Made by a program: the position numbers and the translations under genes
Shown: positions 25,001 to 34,115 of the stretch, piece after piece
Layout of the letters: every line of letters begins with the position of its first letter
Numbering within the stretch: the stretch's first letter is position 1
NCBI GenBank assembly: GCA_013239625.1
Contig: MU054323.1
Location: 6,933,220 to 6,997,219, forward strand
DNA from: Lama guanicoe
Taxonomy: Eukaryota
Direction of reading: 5' to 3'
Length of the DNA stretch: 64,000 nucleotides
The notes under the pieces: model-generated
Database searches by the model: none
What the model was told of the DNA's origin: nothing
Seen by the model: only the letters and a program-made list of their open reading frames with translations

Positions 25001-28000
25001 GTGCCCCTGGGCTTTGGGTTGAAGGAGGAGGAGAGGCAGATACAGTGGCTGTTCTGTCTGCACACCCCCCACCCCCAGGAGCTGAAGGGGGACCACCCAG
25101 CGCTCCCCCACACCATGTTCCCCAGGGTGCCGCAGAGGAAGCTGATCTGGCCACTAGTCCTCACCTGGGTCATGTGACGGTGAATGGTTTTCTGACCTAG
25201 AACCCTGCGCAGGCAGCCCTGGGCTCTCCCCCAGACACCCAGCTGCAGCGTCCTTCCCCAGGAAGGTGGGGACCAAGGGCAGCTCTCCTCGCTGAGTGAG
25301 GACCAGGCTGGTTCCCTGCCTCAGCCCTGTCCCTGTCATCCCTCCATCCTCCCCATCCTCCTTCAGCCACCTCCCACCTCCCGGAAGTCATTCTGCGGAT
25401 GTGATTCAGAAAGTCTCCTAATTCTGCGTCTGTACCTGGTGACAGGTGTGTATGGGGTGGATTTCCTGGATGTCGGCTGTTGCCAGGTAGCAGGTAGGAC
25501 GCTTAGCAACCCTCAAGGTCCCCAACCATACCCTAGAGTATGGTCACGTGGGAATAAAGAAAAACAACTCTAGCTCCTTACTCTTGGCCTCCTACTCAAC
25601 CCTATGGGCCTGTGGAGTCAAGGAAAGGTTGCATAGAGGCCTGGAGTCCACCTGGGAGGCTGTATGTCACGGGGGGTCAATGCCATCAGGCTGCCTAAAG
25701 CATCAGATATGTGGTCAGTAATGAGACGAGAGTGCCTCGCATGCCAAGGTCGTGCTCACTGAACCTTAAATCCACGAGGACCTCAGAGTGGTCAGGCCCC
25801 AGCCCTCCCAGCAGAGGAGGAGACAAGCCAAGATGACTGGAATCCAAGACCTCATCTCATCTTCTCATCACCCAGGTGCTCCCTCATTTCAACACAGCCT
25901 TCGACAAGCCAGACCTGCTTGCCCTGGTGACACAGCGGAGAAGAGGCTGTGCGTGAAGGCCCGGGGCTGCTTCGCACCTTCCCTGCATGAGGCTGGGGCC
26001 CACCCATCAGGCGCTGCCCGCTGTCAGCAGGAGGTGGGTCCTCTTCACAAGGGAGAGCACAACCTCCCGGGTGGCAGCAGCCAAGAGGACAGAATCAGAG
26101 GATGTGGGATGGGATCCCACACCAGCCTCATCATTCAGCTGAGGAGGACGAGGCCCAGAGAGGAGACCTTTCTCCCAAGGCAGTATAGAAAACAAGCTAA
26201 ACACACTCTGACAAAAGAAAAAGTGAGGAACGGATCACGAGAACTAAATTCTGAAAGGGAGCCTCCTCTGCAAAGTTTTTTTCTTAATTGGGACTTTTTT
26301 AAAAAGGCATTTAAACAAATGTGAGTACACAGGTGGCCTGGTGTGGCACTGACCTCAAACGGCTCCTTAAATAGGAGCCATGTCCAAACCAGCTTCGGTT
26401 TCCTCTCCAACGAGGACTTTCTGCAGCTCTTTCCAAAGTGTGTTCACATCTATTATCTCATTTTTATTCTCCGGAGAGGCTTTCACAGAAGGAAAATGAA
26501 ATGGGATTGTGCAACCTCTACCACCGGCCTGCACTCAGCCCCCCACACACAGCAGCTGACGTTCCAGGGATGTAAAATCAGCCCAGAGCCCACGCCACTC
26601 GCAACGTCAGCCCTGACACCCGGGGAGGGAGCAACCTCTGTCCCGACTGGGACCACGGCCAAGGGCGCCCCAGCCGGTCCCATTCTGCCTCTTGGCTCCT
26701 CCTTTAGCCAGTGTCCCAGGGCTGGGGCCACTGTCACCACAGCTAATGCACTGCAGGACTTCATGGTGTCTGGATCCAACTGGTTGTTGTTACTTTAAGT
26801 GATTCTTAAACGACCCCATGACAACGGTATTATTTTTAATCCCAATTTTTCAGTAATCTACACTGAACACCAGAGAGGCAAAGTGCCAACATCATGCGGT
26901 GAGAAGGTGGGAAAGTCAGGTCTTGCCATCTGTCCCCCAGAAGACGCTGGCAGAAGCGTTGGATGCAATCCCCAAGTCCAAGCACGCCGGCAGGGGCTTC
27001 CCCTCTGGTGCTGGTCACAGGGAGAGGAGGACACACACACCAGAGATGTGCGCAGTTCTGGGTCTGCTGTCCTTACGGGACAGGAGACTGCAGCTCTGGG
27101 CTGTTCTAAAGCCGGGACCTTTCTGTCTGGTTTTCAAAATCAAGCGTGGGTCTCGGGTTTTCTTTTGGAGTAATGAAAAGATTTCAGAACTAGATAGAGG
27201 TTGTGGTTGCACAACATTGTGAATGAACTAAATTGTACTAAAATATGGTTAATTTTATGTTATACGGTTTTCACCTCAATAAAAAGAAGAAAAAACCTCA
27301 GCAAACCTGAAAGCCTTTTCTAGCCGAGAACCCAATTTTACACACTGTATTCAAAAAAAAAAAAAAATTAAAAAGAAACTCCTGGATTATGGCAGGTTTT
27401 ACTCAACTTCTCTGTATCTTCAAAATTGTATCCAACAACAATAATTCGGTGGTACACAGTTCAGGGCCCACTATTCAGGATGGTGCTACACACACCCTTT
27501 ACATTTAGTCACCACATGAAGTGGACGTAAGACCTGAGTATGTGGTTCTGACCTGCCACATAGGAGATGATGTTACTGCTGTAATCAGGGTAACTCTTTC
27601 AAAACACAGAAGGAAAGAAGAGTTGAAGGAATATGCCTCTATCAGTATTTTTCTTTACATTTGTCGATTTTGATCAAATATGACAACAAGCTTACAACTA
27701 AAAAAGAAAACGCTTCCAAACCTGTGTTTACTTGAGCCAAATGAGGGAACAGCAGGTAATAGCTCACAGGATGTTAACACTGCCTTGGGGCCTGTTCCCT
27801 GCAGCTGGGGTTTTCAAATAGGCATCCTTGGGGGGAGCTGCAGGGGTTCCAAAAGCAAAATATTTTCTAGATAAACAAGGAAAACTTATGTGCCTACTCC
27901 ACTCTCCTTCCTTGCTGGGAGGCGTGTAGATTGTTTGAACTTTTGTGAAACAATTTGGTAATATTTATCAACATTAAAAATGCACGTGCCTGATTCCTCA

Positions 28001-31000
28001 AAGTTAAATACAGAACCACTAGATGAGCCCATGATTCCAAGTCTGGGTTTATACCCCAAAGACTTAGAAAGCAGAGACTCAAACAGATTCTTGTACACCA
28101 ATGTGCATAGCAGCATTATTCACAATGGCTAAGATGTGGGGCCTGTCAACAAATGAATGGATAAACAAAACGTGTTACATACACATAATGGGCTATTATT
28201 CAACCTTAAAAAGGAATAAAATTCTGATACATGCTGCAACATGGACAAACTTTAAAGACATTATTCTAAGTGAAATCAGCCAGTCAAAAAAGGACAAATA
28301 CAGGACCCCACTTTTTGAGGTACCTTGGCCAGTCAAATTCATAAAGACAGAAAGCTGAACAGTGGTTGCCAGGGGCTGGGAGGAGGGGAGGTCGAGGCTT
28401 TACTATTTAATGGGTACAGAGTTTCTGTTTGGGATGATGAAAAAGCTCTGGAAATAAACAGTGGTGATGGTTGCACAACACTGTGAATGTGCTGAATGTC
28501 ACTCGACTATACACTTCAAAATGGTTAAAATGGTAAATTTTACGTTATGTATACTTATCACAGTAGTTATACATAAATACACACATGTATACATATCCAC
28601 ATAAATATGTATAACTTCTTAAATGCACATGCCCTTTGATCCAATAAACCACTTCTAGGTTTTTAGTCTTCAGATGTATTTGCACACGTATGATACGGTG
28701 TCCCTATAAAGACATCTAATACAGCAATGTTTGCAGTAGCAAAAGGTTGGAAACAACCTAAATGTCTGCCTACAGGAGCCCATTTAAATAAATGATGGTA
28801 CCTCTATATAATGGAGTATAACACAGTCATGAAAAGCATGAGGCAGTGCAATACGGACCTGGAACCCTCTCTGAGATAGTAGGTGAAAGGCTGAGTGCAG
28901 GAGTGAACGTGCTACCATTTGTGTGTGTGTGTGAGAAGTCTGTACGGGCGCCCCTCGGAGATACTGTGGGCTTAGTTCCAGAACACCGCAATAATGCAAG
29001 AAAGCAAATCACGTGAATTTTTGCATTTCCCAGTGCATATAAATCAACAGTATGACTGACAGCTGGCATTATGATAGAAGCCTGAGGATAATGGAAAGAC
29101 ACCTTTAAAGGGCAGAAAGTAAAAATCCAGCAACCCAAAATTCTACGTCTGACAAAAAGTGACTTTCAAAATTAAAATCAAATTAAAGACACTTCCAACA
29201 ATTAGAAATGGAGACAATTTAGGACCAACAGACCTACATGAAAAGCAGTATCAAAAAGAATTCATCAAGAAGATGGAAGCACAGCCATGAAGAAGAAATG
29301 GAGTATAACTGAGAGGGTAAAATATGGGCAAATGCAGGTGAATATTAACTGTGGAAGACTGTTTTGTGGGACTTAAAATATACATTGAATTAAAATATAT
29401 TACAACTGAATCACTATGTTGTACACCTGAAACTAATATTGTAAACCAACTATACCTCAGTTGAAAAAAACCCTGAAATAAATAATAAAATAAAATACAC
29501 GGAAGTGTAGGAGAAGGGAAATTAAGTATTGTGAGTTCCTTGCATTGTGACCAAAGAGGCAAAAGTACTTTGGGGTGGATGTAAATGTGTCATAATCAAC
29601 ATTTATTGACCTTATCTCATTTTTGAAAGACATTTCGTAGAATACACATTATTAAGTGCATCAAAACTGACCACAAGCTTGGTCAACAATCAAGTTCCAA
29701 TAAATTTCAAAGGACTAAAATCACACAGAGCATGCTGTCAGACTGCAGTCAAGTTAAGCTAAACATCAATAACAGAAAGATAACCTTTAAACATTCCCCA
29801 GACGTTTGGAAATTAAGTAATGTACTCCTAAGTAGCTCATGGATCAAAGGCATCTCAGTGGACTTAGAAAACATACATTTTTAGAAAATCTGAATTTTAG
29901 AACTTACAAAACTGAGCTAAATGACAACAGCAATATGACATATCGAAACTTGTGGGATAAAGCAATGTACTGAAGGGGAATCTATAGCATAAGTGCGTGT
30001 TTTAGAAAAGAAATGCTGAAAATCAGCTAGGTCCCATCTCAAGCAGGTAAAAAAAAAAAACACCAAATTGACCCCAAAGAAAGAAGAAAATGACAAAGAA
30101 GCATAAGTTAATGAATTATAGAAACGGACAAAGATGCTTCACTGTGAAGGCTAAAATATTAACAAACCTTAGTAAGACAGATTAAGAAAAAATAAAAAAT
30201 AGAAGGTACAAATTACCAACATCAGTAATGAAAAAAGAAACAACATAAAGCCCAGGGACAATGAAACAAAGAGAGAAAATATAATGATCAATGTCAGAAA
30301 TTTGAAAATTTAGATGAAATGGACAGGTTCCTAATAAAACATAAAAACTGTCCAAAATTCACAAAAAGAAATGTAGGACCTTTTATCTTTAGAGGAAACT
30401 GAATCTTCTCATAAAGGAAACTCCAGACCCAATATGGCTTCACTAGTGAATTCTTCTGAACATTAAAGGAATACCCTAAATCTTCCTTAAACTCTTCCAG
30501 GGATTAGAAAGAGGGAATATTTCTCTAATTAATAAGTCTGGTATAACCATTACGCCCAAACCTGTCATGGACACAGAAAGTCAAAATGGAAGCAGCTCTC
30601 ATGTACGTGGTCCCAGAAGCCCTAAGGAATTTAAATATGAGCAGGTTGAAACTCTTGGGCGGCAGAATTCCAGCCCCACCGATGGTGATAGTGCTTCTCT
30701 CACTCCCAAAGGGATTTATGCAGATTATCCCATTTTACTCCCAATTTATCATCATCTACACTTTACACAGAGGGAAATTGAGGCCCAAAAAGGGGAAGGA
30801 AACAGCCCAAGGTCACACTCAGGCTGGAGTCCACTTGATGGACATTACAAGCACCTGCTGTGTCCCAGGTAGGCCTAGGGATGTGGGTTTGTGCCTCTCC
30901 TCCCCCTGCACCTCCCTTCTGCCTCCCTGGACCTCTCCCAGGCTAGTGTCTGCCCTGCCACTGCGGCCCTGGGCAGCCAGCACAGGAGCAGCAGCAGGGC

Positions 31001-33212
31001 CCAGGCAGGGTGTCGGCGCCCTCTGGCTGCTCCGTGGTGTCCAGGAGTCCTGGAGCACACGTGGTTGTTCTCGCTGCCGGCCTACCCCCAGGCTCCCTGC
31101 ACTGACCCCGCCCAGAGGGAGCATATGGCCCTGAGCATTAGAAAGAAAGCCCTCATGGGCCATGCCCTTCAACCTGACCATCACCGTTTACAGCTGTCTT
31201 TGTCCATTTCTTTTAATTTTTGGTTTGTTTGTTGGGGGAGGGAGGTAATTAGGTTTTTATTTATTAAGTACTAGAGACTGAACCCAGGACCGAGGGGGAG
31301 GGTATAGCCCAAGTGGTAGAGCACATGCTTAGCATGCATGAGGTCCTGGGTTCAATCCCCAGTACCTCCTCTAAAAATAAATAAACCTAATTACCTCCCC
31401 TCAACACACACACACACACACACACAGTGCTGAACCCAGGACCCTGCCACTGATCCACACCCTCCCCTTTGTCCATTTCTCTAATTTATTGAAAGAGTCA
31501 GCACTTCTGCCTGTTCCTCATTTGACCCTCAGGGAACCCTGCAAGATGAGTATCAATACCCCCACTTTGCAGGTGAGGAAAGTACGGCTCTATGTGGTGG
31601 CTAACTTGTCTAAATCATCTATACAGAGACTAACAGGTCCAGGGTGAGACACAGGGCCTTCCTCAGCACACCAGGAGGCCCCCAGCAAGCACTGTTCAAT
31701 GTGATTGAAGATGTCCTGGATTATACATTATGAGACAGACAAGATCCACACAGACGGCTGCACTGAAAACCACACAGACTATATAAAAAAGAACTCCCCA
31801 GCCTACCTAAGGGGTGATACATGCATGTTTTTTTAATGCAGAGAACCCAGAGGGAGGCCTCCACAGTATGAGAGCTCAAATGCAAACAGAAGCCAAGACA
31901 GTATAAAAAAATAGAAATTAAAAAACATCTTTTGAGATACTCAATAAAGCCAGTAAAGCGGGATTCTTTAAATACATTCAAGCCACAGCAGTGACTCGGT
32001 AACCACAGGATACAGGGCCGAGGAGAAGGTGACAAACAGGACAGGCCCTTTGTCACAACGAGGTCGGGGAAGTTCCCCTTCTAAAAGAGGTTAAGTCCGA
32101 GGCCCAGCTCAGAAGCTTCTAGATCCCACTGGTAAACAGAGAAAGAAAGAAAATCCCAGGACAGAGGATGCTGGACACATAAGCAAAATGACTCAGTGTG
32201 TGCCTTCAAATTGCACTGTCTGGAGGACGTGAGGCCCACTGATGGGGCCCCCAGCTGAGGGTCCCAGAGTCGCCTCTGAAACTATGGCCCCGCCCACCCG
32301 AGAGGCAGGGTCTGTGAAAACAGCAATTTCGTGAATCACAGAACCCAGAGCACACAGCACTGCCTGAACACAAAACAATGTGGCTCCCAGAGCAGAGAAT
32401 CACGTATTTTCAACCTACTGAGTTTGTTTGTTCAGGGGAAGTCAACCTATGGATAACAGGACACTGGTGGACGTAATTTCTGAAGACCTTCAAAAAGCAT
32501 CTGAGAGGAATCCAGACCAAAGACTATTTAGGAGACTGAGTCACACGAGAGCGGGGTTTCTGTGGCGGCGGATCAGGCTGGAGCCAAGCCAGTAAACAAA
32601 GAGCGGGGACAGCAAGCACTTCTCTAGATGGAAAAATGTAAACAGTGGTGTCCCCAGGGGTCGGGCTGGTTTTACATCCTCGTGAACGACTTCGCAGGAG
32701 AAGGCAGTGGGGAGATGGCTCTGAACGCAAAGGAAACAGCCCTCTTGGGAGGAGGTGTGAGGGGCTGATAGACTTCACCCAGCAAGGCCCCTGAGGCCAG
32801 GACATGGGTCCCCCCACTGCAGAGGGAGGAGCCCTGAGCACACAGTAGGTGCGCTGCACGAATCTGCCCTCGAACAGGAGGGAGTGGCAGAGGGAGGCAG
32901 GAGAGGAATAACACAGAGTAATGCCTCTGCAGAAAAAGAATTCAAACTCCAAGCCCCAAGGAGCCCAAGGCCCCTGCAACGACAGGGCCCAATCCCTTCC
33001 GGCAGGCCCCGAACCCAGGCTCCAGGCCGGTCCTGCCCCAGGCCACCCCCAAAGAGCCTCACCTGCTGCTGGCTCTGCTCCTCCAGGTTCATCTTCACCT
33101 CCAGCGACTGGCGGGCCTCCAGGAAGGCCTTGCGGTGCTTGCGGTCTGCCATGTAGTAGGACATGATGCCCACGACGATGGCGCACAGGTAAAGGAAGAC
33201 GTTGGCCAGGAT
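947..33212 (-). CDS. ADCY3: Adenylate cyclase type 3, partial multi-exon CDS (13 internal exons; first coding exon upstream of the window, C2 exons downstream)
   Basis: The spliced exons give one open frame of 1823 nt, from [10 protein letters not shown]... to ...PGLNGTD(R). It includes the class III cyclase motifs [26 protein letters not shown] and [20 protein letters not shown], and ADCY3-specific C1b sequence ([45 protein letters not shown]). All 12 internal introns are GT-AG. Confidence 0.98.
1303..1562 (-). CDS. ADCY3: ADCY3 coding exon 13 (260 nt): [86 protein letters not shown](D)
   Basis: ctccag|CTC acceptor; TGA|gtacga donor; extracellular loop with an N-S-T sequon, then two transmembrane helices. 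Confidence 0.94.
2895..3075 (+). mobile_element. MIR SINE
   Basis: MIR core and tail-like sequence: tactagctatgtgacc...ctctgagcatcattt...gattaaatgag...tatggaaagcacccagcacag. Confidence 0.7.
3316..3432 (-). CDS. ADCY3: ADCY3 coding exon 12 (117 nt): [39 protein letters not shown]
   Basis: ttctag|GCC acceptor; ATG|gtgagc donor. Confidence 0.96.
4216..4303 (-). CDS. ADCY3: ADCY3 coding exon 11 (88 nt): [29 protein letters not shown]
   Basis: Read by hand because it is not in the ORF track; ctttctctctgttacag|G acceptor; CAG|gtaaga donor; hydrophobic transmembrane helix; phases fit both neighbours. Confidence 0.95.
5494..5655 (-). CDS. ADCY3: ADCY3 coding exon 10 (162 nt): [53 protein letters not shown](W)
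   Basis: ctgcag|A acceptor; CTG|gtgagg donor; end of C1b and first M2 helix. Confidence 0.96.
5891..6033 (-). CDS. ADCY3: ADCY3 coding exon 9 (143 nt): [47 protein letters not shown](V)
   Basis: ttgcag|GCC acceptor; GGT|gtaagt donor. Confidence 0.96.
7710..7838 (-). CDS. ADCY3: ADCY3 coding exon 8 (129 nt, phase 0-0): [43 protein letters not shown]
   Basis: ctgcag|GCC acceptor; weak CCA|gtgcgt donor that keeps frame into exon 9; low-complexity C1b. Confidence 0.9.
8020..8230 (-). mobile_element. CR1/L3 LINE reverse-transcriptase fragment
   Basis: Minus-strand translation from 8165 reads [17 protein letters not shown], compared with the CR1 motif IYLDFQKAFDKVPHQR. NLL lies upstream and SFSA*KNLNS downstream. 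Confidence 0.75.
8243..8970 (-). mobile_element. L2 LINE 3' portion
   Basis: Begins with the reversed L2 tail (cattcatttaccaagtatttaccgagtatctactatgtg), followed by typical L2 segments such as aagttttt ggtctgagcagttaaaagaatggagc. Confidence 0.8.
9505..9960 (+). mobile_element. L1ME-type fragment
   Basis: tgacaaaggg...aaagagcttctacaaatca...gatatgaatatgcagttcacagaaga...aaagaaatg...aatgagatacca, typical of the L1 ORF2 3' region. Confidence 0.7.
10230..10400 (+). mobile_element. MIR SINE
   Basis: ccggctctgccacc...ctctgggcctcagtttcctcctctgcaaa MIR core. Confidence 0.75.
11329..11506 (-). CDS. ADCY3: ADCY3 coding exon 7 (178 nt): [59 protein letters not shown]
   Basis: tccag|G acceptor; TCT|gtgagt donor; end of C1a. 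Confidence 0.97.
12357..12515 (-). CDS. ADCY3: ADCY3 coding exon 6 (159 nt): [52 protein letters not shown](G)
   Basis: ggaag|G acceptor; AGG|gtgagt donor; cyclase signature region. Confidence 0.97.
12815..12980 (-). mobile_element. L2 3' end fragment
   Basis: ctgagcacctactatgtgccaggccctgtgc...ccttgcttgggaaatccagaaggagacaaac. Confidence 0.65.
13846..13973 (-). CDS. ADCY3: ADCY3 coding exon 5 (128 nt): [42 protein letters not shown](S)
   Basis: tccag|AAA acceptor; TTC|gtaagt donor; KILGDCY motif with the second metal-binding Asp. Confidence 0.98.
14140..14251 (-). CDS. ADCY3: ADCY3 coding exon 4 (112 nt): [37 protein letters not shown]
   Basis: tccag|T acceptor; GCT|gtaagt donor; first metal-binding Asp of C1a. 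Confidence 0.98.
14641..14771 (-). CDS. ADCY3: ADCY3 coding exon 3 (131 nt): [43 protein letters not shown](S)
   Basis: cacag|GAG acceptor; CAG|gtgcgc donor; conserved LSILPKHVA motif. Confidence 0.97.
15594..15721. other. Assembly gap (128 N) in a G-rich tract
   Basis: Run of N directly visible in the sequence. Confidence 1.
16685..16860 (+). mobile_element. MIR SINE
   Basis: ccagccctgccacttact...cctgtaaaacagg...acttggaacagtgtctgtacacagcaagtgctcaata. Confidence 0.7.
18195..18660 (+). mobile_element. L1ME-type 3' fragment
   Basis: cttctgggaatttatcc...aagatttatgtgcaag...ttcattgcaaca...gcagcccaaatgccca. Confidence 0.7.
20420..20625 (+). mobile_element. L3/CR1 3' end fragment
   Basis: aggaagggttttctataagtcagaacagttc...gaatgtgctgccctgagaggcagtgacctcccatccc resembles the L3 3' terminus. 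Confidence 0.6.
21295..21418. repeat. Degenerate (TG)n/(CA)n microsatellite region
   Basis: Interrupted gtgt runs ending in tacacacacacacatac. Confidence 0.7.
22350..22533 (+). mobile_element. MER3 (hAT-Charlie) miniature DNA transposon
   Basis: gaatgtggctagtgc...aattttaatttaaatagccacatatgtctggtggctaccatatcggacagtgcag; degenerate 8-bp TSD ccctagaa/ctctcgaa. Confidence 0.85.
22680..23420 (+). mobile_element. L2 LINE 3' portion
   Basis: gtccttgacttcc...aaatcctgttggttctgccttcaaaa...ctcagggcctttgcactt...ccccagtgcctagaa. Confidence 0.8.
23440..23585 (-). mobile_element. MIR SINE
   Basis: cccatttcacaaagaggctggggctca...aagtaactgactcaaggtca...agtaagtggc. Confidence 0.7.
27145..27295 (+). mobile_element. 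L1MB-type 3' end
   Basis: ttcttttggagtaatgaaaa...gaactagatagaggttgtggttgcacaacattgtgaat...cacctcaataaaa plus A-rich tail. Confidence 0.85.
27991..28620 (+). mobile_element. L1MB-type 5'-truncated insertion nested in an older L1ME fragment (host about 27925-28860)
   Basis: Classic L1 3' region (catagcagcattattcacaat, aatgaatggataaacaaaa, gctgcaacatggacaaac); 13-bp TSD aaatgcac(g/a)tgcc at 27978-27990 and 28621-28633. Confidence 0.88.
28945..29043 (+). mobile_element. Tigger1-family 5' end fragment
   Basis: TA followed by cgggcgcccctcggagatactgtgggcttagttccagaacaccgcaataa...ttcccagtgcatataaa. Confidence 0.8.
29050..30570 (+). mobile_element. Old L1: ORF1 C-terminus and ORF2 endonuclease/linker relic, with a short younger L1 3'-end insertion at about 29400-29495
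   Basis: A-rich; aaaactgaccacaagcttgg...aataaatttcaaaggactaaaatcacacagagcatg, aaacttgtgggata, aatttagatgaaatggaca, ggcttcactagtgaattct. Confidence 0.85.
31212..31467 (-). mobile_element. Vic-1-type SINE (host copy, internally deleted, interrupted by a second copy)
   Basis: The minus strand reads ggggagggtgtggatcagtggcag...gtcctgggttcag...aataaataaaaacctaattacctcc plus an A-rich tail; TSD tttgtccatttct at 31199-31211 and 31468-31480. Confidence 0.8.
31292..31429 (+). mobile_element. Vic-1-type tRNA-Ala-derived SINE (camelid), near full length, with a (CA)n tail
   Basis: gggggagggtatagcccaagtggtagagcacatgcttagcatgcatgaggtcctgggttcaatccccagtacctcc with A and B boxes; 14-bp TSD ctgaacccaggacc at 31278-31291 and 31430-31443. 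Confidence 0.9.
31700..32860 (+). mobile_element. Ancient CR1-clade LINE ORF2 relic (linker plus reverse transcriptase)
   Basis: Colinear degenerate motifs: FFKYIQ (31964), [15 protein letters not shown] (32376), [29 protein letters not shown] (32452), [13 protein letters not shown] (32617), [26 protein letters not shown] (32670). Confidence 0.85.
33063..33212 (-). CDS. ADCY3: ADCY3 coding exon 2 (150 nt, phase 0-0): [50 protein letters not shown]
   Basis: Polypyrimidine tract then gtgcag|ATC acceptor; CAG|gtgagg donor; last M1 helix and helical linker. Confidence 0.97.
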
Positions 33213-33989
33213 CTGCACCCCAAGGAGGAGAAGAGGAAAGGACAGTGGTCAAGGCACGATTTGAGGAGAGGGATGGACGAGGTGGGCGGGTGGCGACCAA
33301 AATCCAACCCCAAGTTGCCCAGTGTCCAGGGAGGTCCCCAGCAGAGCCTCTGACCTGGAAGGGGTGTTTAGGCCCTGGAGCAGACCCTGCCCCACCGCCA
33401 TGGATGAATGAGGTCTTTTCAAGGGAGTGGCTCCAGGCCTGGAAGGCTGGCTGGGGGACTGCAGATCTTCCCTCCTCCTTACCTGATAGCAAAGCTGACC
33501 CACCCCACCCACCTGTGAGCCCTGAGCAGCCCCTCTGCTACTCATCCATTCACCCACTCGTTCAACCACCACTCACTGCGCCCTGACTTCTTAGGCACAT
33601 CTAGGTGCTGTGCTGATTAGTTGGGGAGGGAAGTGAACCAAGCCCAGATCCAGTAACAGCTGCAGGGTGAGTGCAGCCGCACCGAACACGCGTGTCACAG
33701 GGGACAGGCTCTGGGATTCACACGTGTCCTCTGAGCCAAGCCCACCTGAAGGAGTGGCCAGTACCAGCGTCCAGGTCTCACGAAGAGCTGAAGCGACAGC
33801 AAGGGGAAAAGGGAGTTTGGGACCTGACGTCTGTCCTGTGAACTCGGTGCACTGGCACCGAGGGCTTCTCTAGGCATCAAGAGCCACATCCCTGGCACCC
33901 TGAGGTCCAGCCAGAGGGGGACAGAGCTCTTCTCTGAAGGGTGTGGTTTTCTTGAGCCGAAGTTAGAAGTTGGCAGGAAGGGAGGCAGA

Positions 33990-34115
33990 TATTCTTAGTT
34001 TCTGACCATAGGGGAGAAAAGATTGGCCCAGGGGGACAGAATAAATTCTAGGGTAGATGAAAAATACAGGGAAGTTGATTTTAGATTTTTAAACAAGATA
34101 GTTTAAGAGGCAAGA
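33990..34115 (+). mobile_element. L3/CR1 3' region fragment
   Basis: ggcccagggggacagaataaattctagggtagatgaaaaatacagggaagttgattttagat resembles the L3 3' region. Confidence 0.45.

Noticed and set aside
31294..31376. tRNA-Ala(AGC) gene
   Set aside because: It is flanked by a 14-bp TSD, followed by a SINE-specific tail and (CA)n, has an irregular acceptor stem, and related copies lie nearby. It is a SINE.
32524..33492. 322-aa minus-strand ORF overlapping exon 2 in another frame
   Set aside because: Shadow frame of a GC-rich exon and its flanks, partly antisense to a CR1 relic, with no domain and a non-ATG start.
31700..34115. A single CR1 element spanning exon 2 (RT relic on one side, L3 3' end on the other, same strand)
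   Set aside because: Exon 2 is ancient adenylate cyclase sequence and cannot postdate the element. Independent insertions are more parsimonious, and the 3' fragment call is weak.
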